Of a DNA stretch of 64,000 bases, positions 36,421 to 48,564 are shown one piece after another. Below the pieces are notes generated by a model, which made no database searches, had not been told where the DNA came from, and was given only the letters and a program-made list of their open reading frames with translations. Numbering within the stretch: position 1 is the first letter of the stretch; each line of letters begins with the position of its first letter. The position numbers and the translations under genes were made by a program. Origin of the DNA: Pristiophorus japonicus (lineage: Eukaryota); the NCBI RefSeq assembly GCF_044704955.1, contig NC_091997.1, forward strand, positions 86,118,001-86,182,000, read 5' to 3'.

Positions 36421-37610
36421 CAAGCTCTCTCTCTCTCTCCCCACAAGCTCTCTCTCCCCCCCAAGCTCTCTCTCTCTCTCTCCCCCCAAGCTCTCTCTCT
36501 CTCTCTCCTCCCAAGCTCTCTCTCCCGCTAAGCTCTCGCTCTCTCCCCCCAAGCTCTCTCTATCCCCCCAAGCTCTCTCTCTCCCCCAAGCTCTCTCTCC
36601 CCCCAAGCTCTCTCCCTCTCTCTCCTCCCTCTCCTCCCAAGCTCTCCTGCTAAGTTCTCGCTTCTCCCCCCAAGCTCTCCCCCCAAGCTCTCTCTTCCCC
36701 CCCCCCAAGCTCCCTCTATCTCTCTCCCTCAGGCTCCCCCAAGCTCTCTTGCTCTTCCCCCCTCCCCAAGCTCTCCCCCCCTCCCCAAGCTCTCCCCACA
36801 AGCTCTCTCTCCCCCCCCAAGCTCTCCCCCCCCCAAGCTCTCTCTCTCCCCACAAGCTCTCTCTCCTCCCAAGCTCTCTCTCTCCCCCCCCAAGCTCTCT
36901 CTCTCTCCCCCCAAGCTCTCTCTCTCTCCCCAAGCTCTCTCTCTCCCCCCCAAGCTCTCTCCCCCCAAGCTCTCTCTCTCCCCCCAAGCTCTCTCTCTCT
37001 CTCTCTCCCCCAAGCTCTCTCTCTCTCTTTCTCCTCCCAAGCTCTCTCTCCCGCTAAGCTCTCGCTCTCTCCCCCCAAGCTCTCTCTATTCCCCCAAGCT
37101 CTCTCTCTCCCCCCAAGCTCTCTCTCTCTCTCCCCCAAGCTCTCTCTCTCTCTCTCCTCCCAAGCTCTCTCTCTCCCGCTAAGCTCTCGCTTCTCCCCCC
37201 AAGCTCTCCCCCCAAGCTCTCTTCCCCCCCCCCCCCCTAAGCTCCCTCTCTCTCTCTCCCTCAGGCTCCCCCAACCTCTCTCGCTCTCACCCCCCCCAAG
37301 CTCTCTCCCCAAGCTCTCGCTCTCTCCCCCCAAGTTCTCTCCCCCCAAAAGCGCGATCTCTCTCTCCCACAGGCGCGCTCTCTCTTTCTCCCCCCCCCCA
37401 AGCTCTCTCTCTCTTTCCCCCCCCCAGCGCTCGCTCTCTTCCCTAAACTCTCTCTCTCCCCCCCCCCCCCAGCTCTCTCTCCCCCCCCCTCTCTCTCCCC
37501 CCCAGCTCTCTCTCTCTCTCTCCCCCCAAGCTTGCGCTCTCTCCTCCCAAGCTTGCTCTCTCCCCGCTTCTCACTCTCCCCGTTGCCCCGGGCTCTCTTC
37601 CCCCCCAACA
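36421..37610. repeat. Degenerate CAAGCT(CT)nCn tandem repeat
   Basis: Dozens of caagctctctctcccc units; source of spurious ORFs. Confidence 0.92.
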
Positions 37611-38137
37611 AGCAGATGTTCGCGGCACTGCGGGTGGCTCAGAGGCAACGTGGTGTTGGATGCATGCGCAGAAAAGGGTTATTGAGAATTGGGTGGGGTG
37701 GGGGGGGTGGGTGAGGCGCCGAGTCGGCGATATTTGTCCTAACTCTCGCTTCTGCGCATGTGTCAGAAGGGAGTTTAGCTTCCGTATATTTTGCGTGCCT
37801 CCCTGATATTTGAACTATTTTTGCATGTCTTTAATAATTTCCAATTCTCCTACCTACTTGTTTTGAAATACTTGTGCTTATCCTGCTACTGTTCTCGCCC
37901 TATAATCTGTTTCAATGGCCAGAATTAAGTTGGACTATTTCACTACCATTCCTTAAATATTCTGCACTCTCTCACCTTGGGTCTTCCAGCCATTTTAGTG
38001 TTGCATCTAATCTTATCTTCATTCATTTTGTTCTCCCTGGAAGTCCAAAGGTTTTTGTATCACAATCCTTTTGCAAACCCTGATGAACATTTCAGTTCCA
38101 ATGATCCTCGATGCTTCCTCACATCTAATATACGCAC

Positions 38138-41100
38138 TGTTACATCTTGAATATAGAGTCAGACCAGATACTGAAAGCTCAAAGTAAGAGTGCCTCTCCA
38201 GCCTCCTTATATACAGGTGCTCCCAAGGGATTGTGGGATCCCTTGTGACTCCAGGGGATAAGCCTTCTGGTGGTTAGACATGGTAATTACAGGTTTACAT
38301 ACATAACAACACTCCTCCCACCCAAAGTCAATAGTGTAACTATTTACAATGTGAGTCGATCTGGGGCCTTCCTTTCCCTGGTTGATCGTCTCGGTGCGGT
38401 GCAAATGCTGGTGTTGGTGAGTCGTTTGTTGGGCCTTTGCTCGACTGCTGCTCAGCTGGCCTTGCTAGACTGCTGGGGATGGTGAGTCTTGCTGGGCAGC
38501 TGCGGGTGATGGGTTCTGTTTTGTGGTCAACCGCTGGGTTGGTTGCCACTGGTATGTGTGTTGGAGGGTCAAAAAAGGTAGAGTCCATTGTGGGTTGTTC
38601 TGGATAGTCTGTAAATCTGAGTTTGGTTTGATCCAAGTGTTTTCTGCAGGTGAGTCCATTTGCGAGTTTGACCACAAACACTCTACTCCCCTCTTTGGCC
38701 AAAACAGTGCCAGCAAGCCACTTGGGATCGTATCCATAGTTCAACACAAATACAGGATCATTTACTTCAATTTCACGTGACACATTTGCACGATCATGAT
38801 ATGTATTCTGTTGAAGCTGCCTGCTCTCTACCTGTTCATGTAGATCAGAGTGGACTAACGAGAGCCTTGTCTTAAGTGCCCTTTTCATGAGCAGTTCAGC
38901 GGGAGGGACCCCGGTGAGCGAGTGGGTCTTGTGCGGTAACTAAGCAGGACTCGGGATAAGCGAGTCTGCAGTGAGCCTTCAGTTACCCTTTTCAAGCTCT
39001 GCTTGAATGTTTGAACTGCTTGTTCTGCCTGACCGTTGGACGCTGGCTTAAAAGGGGCAGACATGACATGTTTGATCCCATTGCGGGTCATGAATTCCTT
39101 GAATTCGGCACTGGTAAAGCATGGCCCATTGTCACTTACAAGGACATCAGGCAGGCCGTGCATGGCAAACATGGCCCGTAGGCTTTCAATGGTGGCAGCG
39201 GATGTGCTTGCCGACATTATCACGCATTCAATCCATTTGGAGTATGCATCTACAACCACTAAAAACATTTTTCCCAAGAATGGGCCTGCATAGTCGACAT
39301 GAACCCGAGACCACGGTTTGGAGGGCCAAGACCATAAACTTAGTGGCGCCTCCCTGGATGCATTGCTTAACTGGGAACATGTATTACATTTGTGCACACA
39401 GGATTCTAAGTCTGCATCGATACCGGGCCATGTGGGATCTGGCTATTGCTTTCATCATTACAATGCCTGGGTGGGTACTGTGGAGATCACTAATGAAAGT
39501 GTCTCTGCCCTTTTTTGGCACAATTACCCGATTACCCCATCGGAAGCAGTCTGCCTGTATAGACATTTCATCTTTGCGCTGCTGGTACGGCTTTATTTCT
39601 TCCTGCATCTCTAATGGGACACTAGACCAACTCCCGTGAAGCACACAGTTTTTTTTACTAAGGACAGTCAGGGGTCCTGGTTCGTCCAGGTTCTAATCTG
39701 TCGGGCGGTAACAGGCGATTGCTCACTCTCGAATGCTTCCATTACCATAACTAAATCTACAGGCTGTGCCATTTCCACCCCAGTGGTGGGCAATAGTAGC
39801 CTACTGAGAGCATCGGCACAGTTTTCTGTGCCTGGCTTGTGGCGGATGGCGTAGTTGTATGCGGACAACATGAGCGCCCATCTCTGGATGCGGGCCGATG
39901 CACTCGTATTTATCCCCTTACTTTCAGAAAAGAGGGATATAAGTGGCTTATGGTTGGTTTCCAATTCAAATTTGAGCCCGAACAGATATTGATGCATTTT
40001 CTTTACCCTGTAAATACACGGTAATGCTTCTTTTTCGATCATATTGTAGGCCCTCACGGCTTTAGACAGACTTCTGGATGCATAAGCAACCGGTTGCAAT
40101 TTCCCAAATTCATTGGCTTGTGGCAATACACGCCCGCCCCCGTACGACGACGCATCACATGCTAGCACCAAACGTTTACATGGATCATACAACACAAGCA
40201 ATTTGTTTGAACATAACAGCTTCCTAGCTTTGTCAATGGCATTTTCTTGGCTTTTACCCCATACCCCATTCATCTCCCTTATGCAGTAAAGAATACAGGG
40301 GTACTAACAATATGCTAAGACCCGGTAAGAAGTTACCAAAATAGTTCAGGAGTCCTAGAAACGACCGCAGCTCCGTCACATTCTGTGGTCTCGGTGAGTT
40401 CTTGATTGCCTCCGTCTTCGAATCAGTGGGCCTGATGCTGTTCATTGCGATTCTTCTCCCCAGGAACTCCATTTCAGTCACCAGGAAAACGCACTTCGAG
40501 CATTTTAGCCTGAGCCCCACACGATTAAGCCGACTAAGAACCTCCTTCGGGTTCTGCAAGTGCTCGACGGTATCCCGACCTGTAACCAAGATGTCATCCT
40601 GGAAGACCACGGTGCACGGGACCGACTTCAGCAAACTTTTCATGTTCCTCTGGAATATCGCCGCGGCCGATCGAATCCCAAACGGGCATCTGTTGTAAAC
40701 AAAAAGACCTTTGTGCGTGTTGATGCAGGTGAGGCCTCTCAAGATTTCCTCCAGCTCCTGCGTCATGTAGGCCGAGGTCAAGTCCAGCTTTGTGAACGTT
40801 TTCCCTCCCGCCAGCGTCGCAAATAGGTCGTCTGCCTTTGGTAGCGGGTATTGATCCTGCAGCGAGAAACGATTGATAGTTACTTTGTAATCACCACAAT
40901 TCTGACGGTGCCGCCTCCCTTGAGGACTGGAATGATCAGACTGGCCCACTTAGTGAATTCGATCAGTGAAATGATTCCCTCTCGTTGCAGCCTGTCCAGC
41001 TCGATCTCCACCCTCTCATCATGTAAGGTACTGCTCTCACCTTGTGATGGATTGGTCGCACCCCCAGAATCAAATGGATCTGCACTTTTGCTCCTTGGAA

Positions 41101-42622
41101 CTTCTCGATGCCTGGTTTAAACAGCAAGGGAAACTTGCTTAGGACCTGGGCACGTGAGGTGTTGTCGATGGACGAAAGCGCTCGGACGTCATCCCAGTTC
41201 CAGCGTATCCTTCCCAGCCAGCTCCTGCCGAACAGCGTGGGGCCATCGCCCGGTACCACCCAGAGTGGTAAATCGTGCACCGCTCCATCGTAGGAGACCT
41301 TTACGGTAGCACTGCCAATTACGGGAATCAGTTCCTTTGTGTACATTCTAAGTTTGGTGCAAATGAGAGTCAGGACTGAAGCCTTGTTGCACCACAACTT
41401 ATCGAAAGTCTTTTTACCATTATTGACTGGCTTGTACCTGTGTCCAGCTCCATGGACCACATTTAATTCAACCTTCAGCATTATCGGGGTACACTTTGTG
41501 GTAAATGCGTGCACCTCATATACCTCTGCCTCCTCGGTCTGAGGCTCTGGTTCGTCATGACCCACCGTGGATCTGTCCTCCTCTGAAACATGGTGGTTTG
41601 CAGGGTTTGCAGCTCGCCTGCACATACGTTGGAGGTGTCCCATTGTTCCACAGCCCTTGCAAACGTATCCTTTGAAGCGGCATGAATGTAATCGATGATC
41701 ACCCCCGCAGCGCCAACAAGGTGTTAATTGCCTTGTATTCACCACCCTTGATGGCGGACTCTGAGTCACCTGTGTACATGCAGCTGCAGGCGTGTAAGTG
41801 CTGCCATGTACATATCGATTCGAAAACAATGTTACTTTGTTCACAGTAGTTGCAGCAGCACTAGTGTGCTGGGAAATTTGTTTAGTATTGTCACTGGTGG
41901 CAATAAAAGCCTGGGCTATCGCTATGGCTTTACTCAATGTTGGGGCCTTTACAGTCAAAAATGAAGTATTACCTCACGGCCAATGCCAAGTACAAAGAAG
42001 TCCCTGAGCATGTGCTCCAAGTGTCCATCAAATTCGCAATGTTCTGCAAGGCGCCTTAGCTCGGCGACGTAGCTCGCCACTTCCTGGCCTTCAGACCTCT
42101 CGCATGTGTAGAAACAGTACCTCGCCATCAGAACGTTTTCCTTCGGGTTTAGATGCTCCCGGATCAGTGTGCACAACTCATCGTCCAACTTGTCTGTGGG
42201 TTTTGCTGGAACGAGCAGGTTTTTCATGAGGCCAAATGTTGATGCCCCGCAAATGGTGAGGAGGATCGCCCTTCGTTTGGCAGTGTTCCCTCCTCCTTCT
42301 AGCTCGTTGGCCATGAAGTATTGGTCAAGCCGCTCCACGAAGATTTCCCAATCATCTCCCTCCGAAAATTTCTCCAGGTTGCCCACAGTTCTCTGCATAG
42401 TTGCAGTGGGGTTCGGCGCCAGTTGTTACGTCTTGAATAAAGAGTCAGACTAGATACTGCAAGCTCAAAGTAAGTGTGACCGTAGTCCTTTATTACAGAT
42501 CTCAGAGTGCCTCTCCAGCCTTATATCCAGGTGCTCCCAAGGGATTGTGGGATCCCTTGGGACTCCAAGGGATAAGCCCTCTGGTGGTTAGACATGGTAA
42601 TTACAGGTTTACATACCTAACA
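38138..42622 (-). mobile_element. Full-length degenerate Ty3/Gypsy (Mag-like) LTR retrotransposon
   Basis: LTRs 42424-42622 (5') and 38138-38308 (3', internally deleted); TSD CGCAC; PBS TGGCGCCGAA at 42421-42412; gag MQRTVGNLEKF, CWRCGGDH knuckle, RT VVFQDD, RNase H CDASSYG, integrase HVDYAGPF/SDNG; frameshifted. Confidence 0.95.
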
Positions 42623-43461
42623 CGCACCATATCTGGATTATTCATAGAGTCGATGCAGAAAGTCACAGAGTACAAACATGAGTCGGGAAACGATCCAACT
42701 CCAACTCTACAAATGACTGTTTGGAAATAAAAAAGGCTTCTCTTTGGGGGAAAAAAACTGCAGGCGATAACAAACCATAAAGAGTCTCACGATTAATAAT
42801 CCTACTTTGTAACTGATTAATTTTTGAAAGGAGTCCTACTGGTAAAACGCTTTAGCTGGAAATTGGGTTGAAGGTTATTTAAGGCGTTAATGTCGGGCGA
42901 TCGCTAAATTTAGCGCCGGAAAATGGGTTGCGACGGCAGCCAAAAAATTAAGTGGAGCAGAGTGCTAAGTGATGCGTTCCACACCTGTCTCGGGGCGCTA
43001 GGCCAGGTGAGCAACTGAATATCCGTTGCTAAAGAGCCGGCTTCATAGAGCCCAAAGAGAAGCTTCCCTGCCAAAAAAAGAATCGGAACAAAAAACATTA
43101 CTCGCCCCAAATAAAGTTAAATTGCAAAAAAAAATGGATCCTACTTACTTCACGCAGTTATTCCTTCCATTAGCGCCCCAGGACAGCTCTGACCGGCAGG
43201 CTTTCTCTGGCGGGGTCACTACGGGGCGCTACAAGTGCAGCGCAAACCAAATGTTGGTTCCATGTTGATACCGGGGGCGTTGCACACCGGCGCTACGCTC
43301 CTCAGTGCCGCTGGTGCCGGCACACTGTAGTTACCGAGTAGAGCGAATGCCGGCGGTCACGTCTGCTCACCCTTTAGCGACCTATTACAATGTACAAAAT
43401 CACAGAGGGAAAACTATTGTGTGTTTGAGATACTAGAGTGGGATAGCTGAGTGGAGAATAA

Positions 43462-43935
43462 TAACATAAGAAATAGGAGCAGGAGTAGGCCATTCAGTCC
43501 CTCGGGCCTGCTCCGCCATTCAATAAGATCATGGCTGGTCTAATCATGGACTCAGCTCCACTTCCCCGCCCACTCCCCAGAACCCCTTATCCCCTTATCG
43601 CTCAAAAATCTGTCTATCTCCGCTTTAAATACATTCAATGACCCTCCACAGCTCTCTGGGGCAGAGAATTCCACAGATTTACAACCCTCAAAGAAATTCC
43701 TCCTCATCTCAGTTTTAAATGGGCAGCCCCTTATTCTGAGACTATGTCCCCTAGTTTTAGTTTCCCCTATGAGTGGAAATATACTCTCTGCATCCACCTT
43801 GTCGAGCCCCCTCATTATCTTAAATGTTTCGATAAGATCACCTCTCATTCTTCTGAACTCCAATGTGTATGGGCCCAACCTACTCAACCTATCCTCATAA
43901 GTCAACCCCCTTATCTCCAGAATCAACCTAGTGAT
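43462..43935 (-). mobile_element. CR1 3' fragment
   Basis: LEFRRMRGDLIETFKIM..TRGHSLR and tail. Confidence 0.88.
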
Positions 43936-43989
43936 CTTCTGATTGTGTGCATCTAACCATTGATGCCTGTTTATTTGTCTGAATTACAG

Positions 43990-44117
43990 AGCAGTTGTTC
44001 TATTGGGCTCCTGGTGACTGCCCTCATTTGGTCCTTCAAGGAATGGCCGCACCACTGGCTGCAGCCACAGCATCTACAATCACCAACCCGATGGATGTTG
44101 TCAGGGCTAGGGTTCAG
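43990..44117 (+). CDS. SLC25A44: SLC25A44-like second coding exon (128 bp; not in ORF track)
   Basis: ttacag|AG CAG TTG... encodes (E)QLFYWAPGDCPHLVLQGMAAPLAAATASTITNPMDVVRARVQ with carrier motif PMDVVR. Donor CAG|gtgagg; phase 1/0 links the flanking exons in frame. Confidence 0.94.
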
Positions 44118-44312
44118 GTGAGGATACTTTAAAAAAAAAATTCTCGGCATATCGGTGCCGCTAGCAAGTCCAGCATTTATTGCCCATTCCTTTTTGCCCA
44201 TGAGAAGTAGTGAGTAACCTTCGTGAACCACTGCAGACCGTAGGGTGGAGGTACCAGAGGGGGTTCCAGGATTTTGACTCATCGGTGGAATTGTGGAATT
44301 GACGTGTGTGTG

Positions 44313-44903
44313 TGTGGCAGGAGAAAAATCAGTGATGAGCAATCAGAAGCAGGAGCTCTGGTCGGTTCCCTTTCTCCCGCTAGCCCAGACACCAGCTCTA
44401 GGATCGCCACTGCCGCAGTTAGATTTGGCTAACAGCACAGGCAGGAACTGAATCTGGGACCTTACCTTCCGACCTGTGTGACTCAGTATGATGCTGTGGT
44501 TGACCTTGGATTTTGTATTGTAAAAGTAAAAGGAATGGATAAAATCTCATTTAAGCATTGCTTCCATTTTTATCAGGATTCAGACTTCAATAACTCGGAA
44601 CCAAGAGAAGGAAAGAAGTAATTTAGAAGTTTGACCAATGATACTTGTATTAATTGGGATTGGAATTCCTGTTTCTAAACACATCAACAGCCACCTGCAG
44701 CTCCGTGTGGCTCTATGGCTGAATGGGCTGTACAGTGTCATTCTGAGTCACACAGGTCGGAAGGTCAGGTCCCAGATTCAGTTCCTGTCCTGTGCTGTTA
44801 GCCAAATCTAACTGCGGCAGTGGCGATCCTAGAGCTGGTGCCTGGGCTAGAGGGAGAAAGGGAACTGACCAGAGCTCCTGCTTCTGATTTTTCTCCCGCC
44901 ACA
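44313..44903. repeat. Inverted repeat of a SINE fragment (arms 44313-44497 and 44732-44903)
   Basis: Arms are reverse complements with about 8 differences in the 157-bp core by eye. Confidence 0.9.
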
Positions 44904-45706
44904 AACTCCGATCCCTAGCCACTGACTCCATCCCTCTCCCTAGCATCTGTCTGAGACTGCACCAAACTGTTCACAACCTAGGCGTCATATTCCACCCTGA
45001 AATGAGCTTCCGGCCACATATCCGTGGCATAACTAAAACCGCCTATTTCCACATCAATAACATCGCCCGCCTCTGCCCCTGCCTCAGCTCATCTGCTGCT
45101 GTACCCTCACCTATGCCTTTGTTATTTCTAGACTTGACTACTCCAATGCATTCCTGGCTGGCCTCCCATATTCTACCCTACATAAGCTTGAGGTCATCCA
45201 AAACTCAGCAGCCCATGTCCTGACTCGCACCAAGTCCCGCTCACCCATCACCCCCTGTGCTCGCTGACCTACATTGGCTCCCAGTTAAGCAAGGCCTCGA
45301 TTTCAAAATTCTCATCCTTGTTTACAAGTCCCTCCATGGCCTTGGCCCTCCCTATCTCCGTAATCTCTTTCAGCCTGACAACCCCACGAGATGTCTGCAT
45401 TCCTCAAATTCTGCCCTCTTGAGCATCCCTGATCATAACTGCTCAACCATCGGTGGCCGTGCCTTCAGCTGCCAGGACTCTAAGCTCTGGAACTCCCTCC
45501 CTAAACCTCTCCACCTCGCTACCTCTCTTTCCTCCTTTAAGACGCCCCTTAAAACCTACCTCTCATCTGCCGTAATTTCTTCTTTTTTGGCTCGGTGTCA
45601 AATTTATTAGTTTTGTTTTCTAACACCGCTGTGAAGCTCCTTGGGACATTTTACTACGATAAAGGCGCTATATAAATAAAAGTTGTTGTTGTTGTTGTTG
45701 TTGTTG
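44895..45706 (+). mobile_element. L2 LINE 3' fragment
   Basis: LADLHWLPVKQ..FKIL, LWNSLP, (GTT)n tail. Confidence 0.88.
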
Positions 45707-46798
45707 AAAGTAGCTAGTCGAAGAGTCACATTTGGCTGAAACAGGCTCCATGGTTGAATAGCCTGCCGGCGTGTAGAATGGCTCCGTGGCCGAGGTACTT
45801 GAGATCCACTCTCATCCATTCGCTCATACCGAGGCACCTGTCACTACCGCGAGAAAATGTCAGGCGAAACATTATCGAATGGGAGAGGGGTAATGAGCAC
45901 TGTTTAATCAGTGTTCACAGAACTTAAAACTGCTTTTATATATTTATCCAATGTTCGGGCCCAGTATTGGTGATCTCGCTCCCGGCATTTTAGATGTTTA
46001 TCTCATCATCATAGGCCATTGACACAACTATTATTCAGCAAGATTTAGTAAACCTTCGTGTTTAGGCAGGGGATTTGCCAAATGACTTTAAACATAGGAC
46101 AATCTACAGATTACAATTAAGTATAAACTGAAGACATTTGACGACAAGAATCCGAGCAGGATTTGAAAGATTTAAAAATGTCATGGCACAACCATTACGA
46201 GGGACTGCCTAATACTTTACTATACAACCATTGTGCAATTAGTAAAAGGCGCACGATCATAAGAAATTTATTGCAAGGAATTAGTGCAGAGAGATAATGC
46301 AATCTGCTTGAACAGCAGACCTTAAACATCCACTCCCTCCACCATCATTGCACTGTGGCTGTAGTATGTACTAGCAAAGTGGTTAATTAGGGCAGATACC
46401 ATTTAACCATTGGTATGTTTCTCTCTTTATCTTAAATAAGCTCTCCATAATTTGTGGAGAGAGTAGCATTGAGAGCCAAGTGATGAACACAATCTCACAG
46501 TAATCTAAATGGATGCTCCACTTGCAGAGCAATGCCTAACCTTTAGGGAAACCTATTGAGCAGGACAAGTAACAGCAGGTTAATATTAAGGGAAAACACA
46601 GGAAAGAATTTGTTAAATATTATTGGAGAGATATCTAAATCCAAATATGATGAACCAAACAAACTATGGGGTGGGAAGGAGATGTGGTAATGAGTAGAGA
46701 ACGAGATCAGGACACAGCCGCCCAAGTCTATTAGGAACACCCTGGATTTCCCCCGAGTGCAGTAATTGGCTTGGTTCCATTCATGTTTTGTGTTTCAG

Positions 46799-46990
46799 GT
46801 GGGGGTGAAGTCCTCGATGATTGAAACGTTCCGGCAGCTTCTGAGAGAAGAGGGTGCCGGGGGCTTGACCAAGGGGCTGTCTGCCCGCATCTTATCCACA
46901 GCTCCAGCGTCTCTCGTCTTAGTGCTGTGTTATGAAACACTCAAGAGGATCAGTCTGAGGCCAGAACGAGTGGAATCTCGACACTGCTAG
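46799..46990 (+). CDS. SLC25A44: SLC25A44-like terminal coding exon
   Basis: tgtgtttcag|GTG... encodes VGVKSSMIETFRQLLREEGAGGLTKGLSARILSTAPASLVLVLCYETLKRISLRPERVESRHC-stop. Total CDS 622+128+192=942 bp, 313 aa, no frameshift. Confidence 0.94.
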   Translation: MGVKSSMIETFRQLLREEGAGGLTKGLSARILSTAPASLVLVLCYETLKRISLRPERVESRHC

Positions 46991-48564
46991 CTGCCTGGGA
47001 GCCTGTGGCTGATCGAAACAAACGGGTACAAATTTCCACTGCGGCTATTAACGCAAAGTTGGCAAATTTTGGTCATCTTATACATAAACTCACTGTTTGA
47101 CATTTTAAACTCCAGTGATGATGCAGGCATTGCACTTAAGCAAAGGACCTTTATTCTAGAAATGAATCTTTTCCATTTACTGGTTGTGCTTATAGTCCTC
47201 CCTCATTCAGAGTCACTTATAGTCTCTGATACTCTGTGATCATAAGAATGGGGTTTACTGTACGCTTGAGCTGGCAATCAAATCATTATGAACAGTGTAG
47301 TTAATTCAGCCGATGGATGGTGTAATATTCTCATGTTGTGTCCTCTCCAATTGTGAAAACTCCCAGCAGTACAGTGATAAATTTTAGCCTTCAAAACCTG
47401 GGATGTGTTTGGAGAGGATTTTAAGATGCAACAACAAAAGGCTGCAGCACCAACACTGGTGAGATAGTGAGTTTAGAAGATCTATTGTCGCCGTATGAAA
47501 GCATAGACTAAAGCTGCGTTCACAGTGTCGGATGTAAACAGAGTGAAGCGCTCCCGAGATTGTCTCAGATTTTGGTTTGTACTAAGTCTCCCTTCTCGGT
47601 GTACGTGGGTGCTGAAGCTGGTGTTCAAACGCACCATGGTGTATTGAGACACCTCTCACCATTTATTTTTAAAGACAGTTCTATTGGGTTCTGTGCCTTT
47701 AAAGGGACTCGTTTTGTATTTTATCCGGTGGTTAGTAATGTACTTGCGAGAAAGCAACTGCACAATTTTCATAAAGATTTTGCTTCTGACGCCTACAACC
47801 CAAAAAATGACAACTTCTAGATTTCTCAGTGCCATCTATTTCTCGGTGGCATTTTACACAGTGAGTCAAGACCCAGGTGAAATCCTCAGGTGACACAAGG
47901 TCAGATGGCAAGAAATATTGGACTGGAGTACGGAGATGTAATTCAGTCTCCATTTTAAAGCTAGACACTTTGCTCTGGTTTTTATTTTCATTTATAAATT
48001 CCGGTGCCCAGATTTATAATGGAAAGTACCCAAGCAAACTTGCCCCCGTGCAATTATACTCTCCTGCCAGTAGAATTTACAGCACAGTCATTCGGTCCGA
48101 CTGGTCGATGCAGGTGTTGATGTTCCACACCAGCCTCTTCCCTCTCTATTTCCTTCATCTCGCCCTGTCAACATATCCTTCTATTTCTTCCTCATCAAAC
48201 TTCCCCGTAACTGCAGAAAATGTTATGACAATGTGACAAGTTTACAAAGGAATTTATAACGGTAAAATGGCAGGAAATGCACGAGGCCATAACATTTTAT
48301 ATATATATATTATATATTAGTTGATCTTCTGTGGCATTGCACACAGGAAGTCAAGAGCAATTGTAGTCTTGGGTGAAGTGAGGGTATGGATGGGAGATTA
48401 ATAACCCGGGGCGTGCAGACCTAATTCATGTCGCCATTTTAAAGCCACACATTCTGTCCTTTTTTTACATTTCAATGATAGATTCCTGTGTCCATACTTA
48501 TAACAGAAACTGCTTCTGGAAACTTGGCCCACTGTAATTCCCCCAATTCCTCCTTCTTTCAATG

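Noticed and set aside
36332-37628. Multiple ORFs rich in GGERE/LSLSP
   Set aside because: Products of the CAAGCT(CT)n tandem repeat.
47517-47534. IRE-like C-N5-CAGTGT in the presumed SLC25A44 3' UTR
   Set aside because: The loop-closing pair is A-C, two other pairs are wobble and no lower stem forms with the C bulged; other CAGTGN hits nearby also fail to pair.
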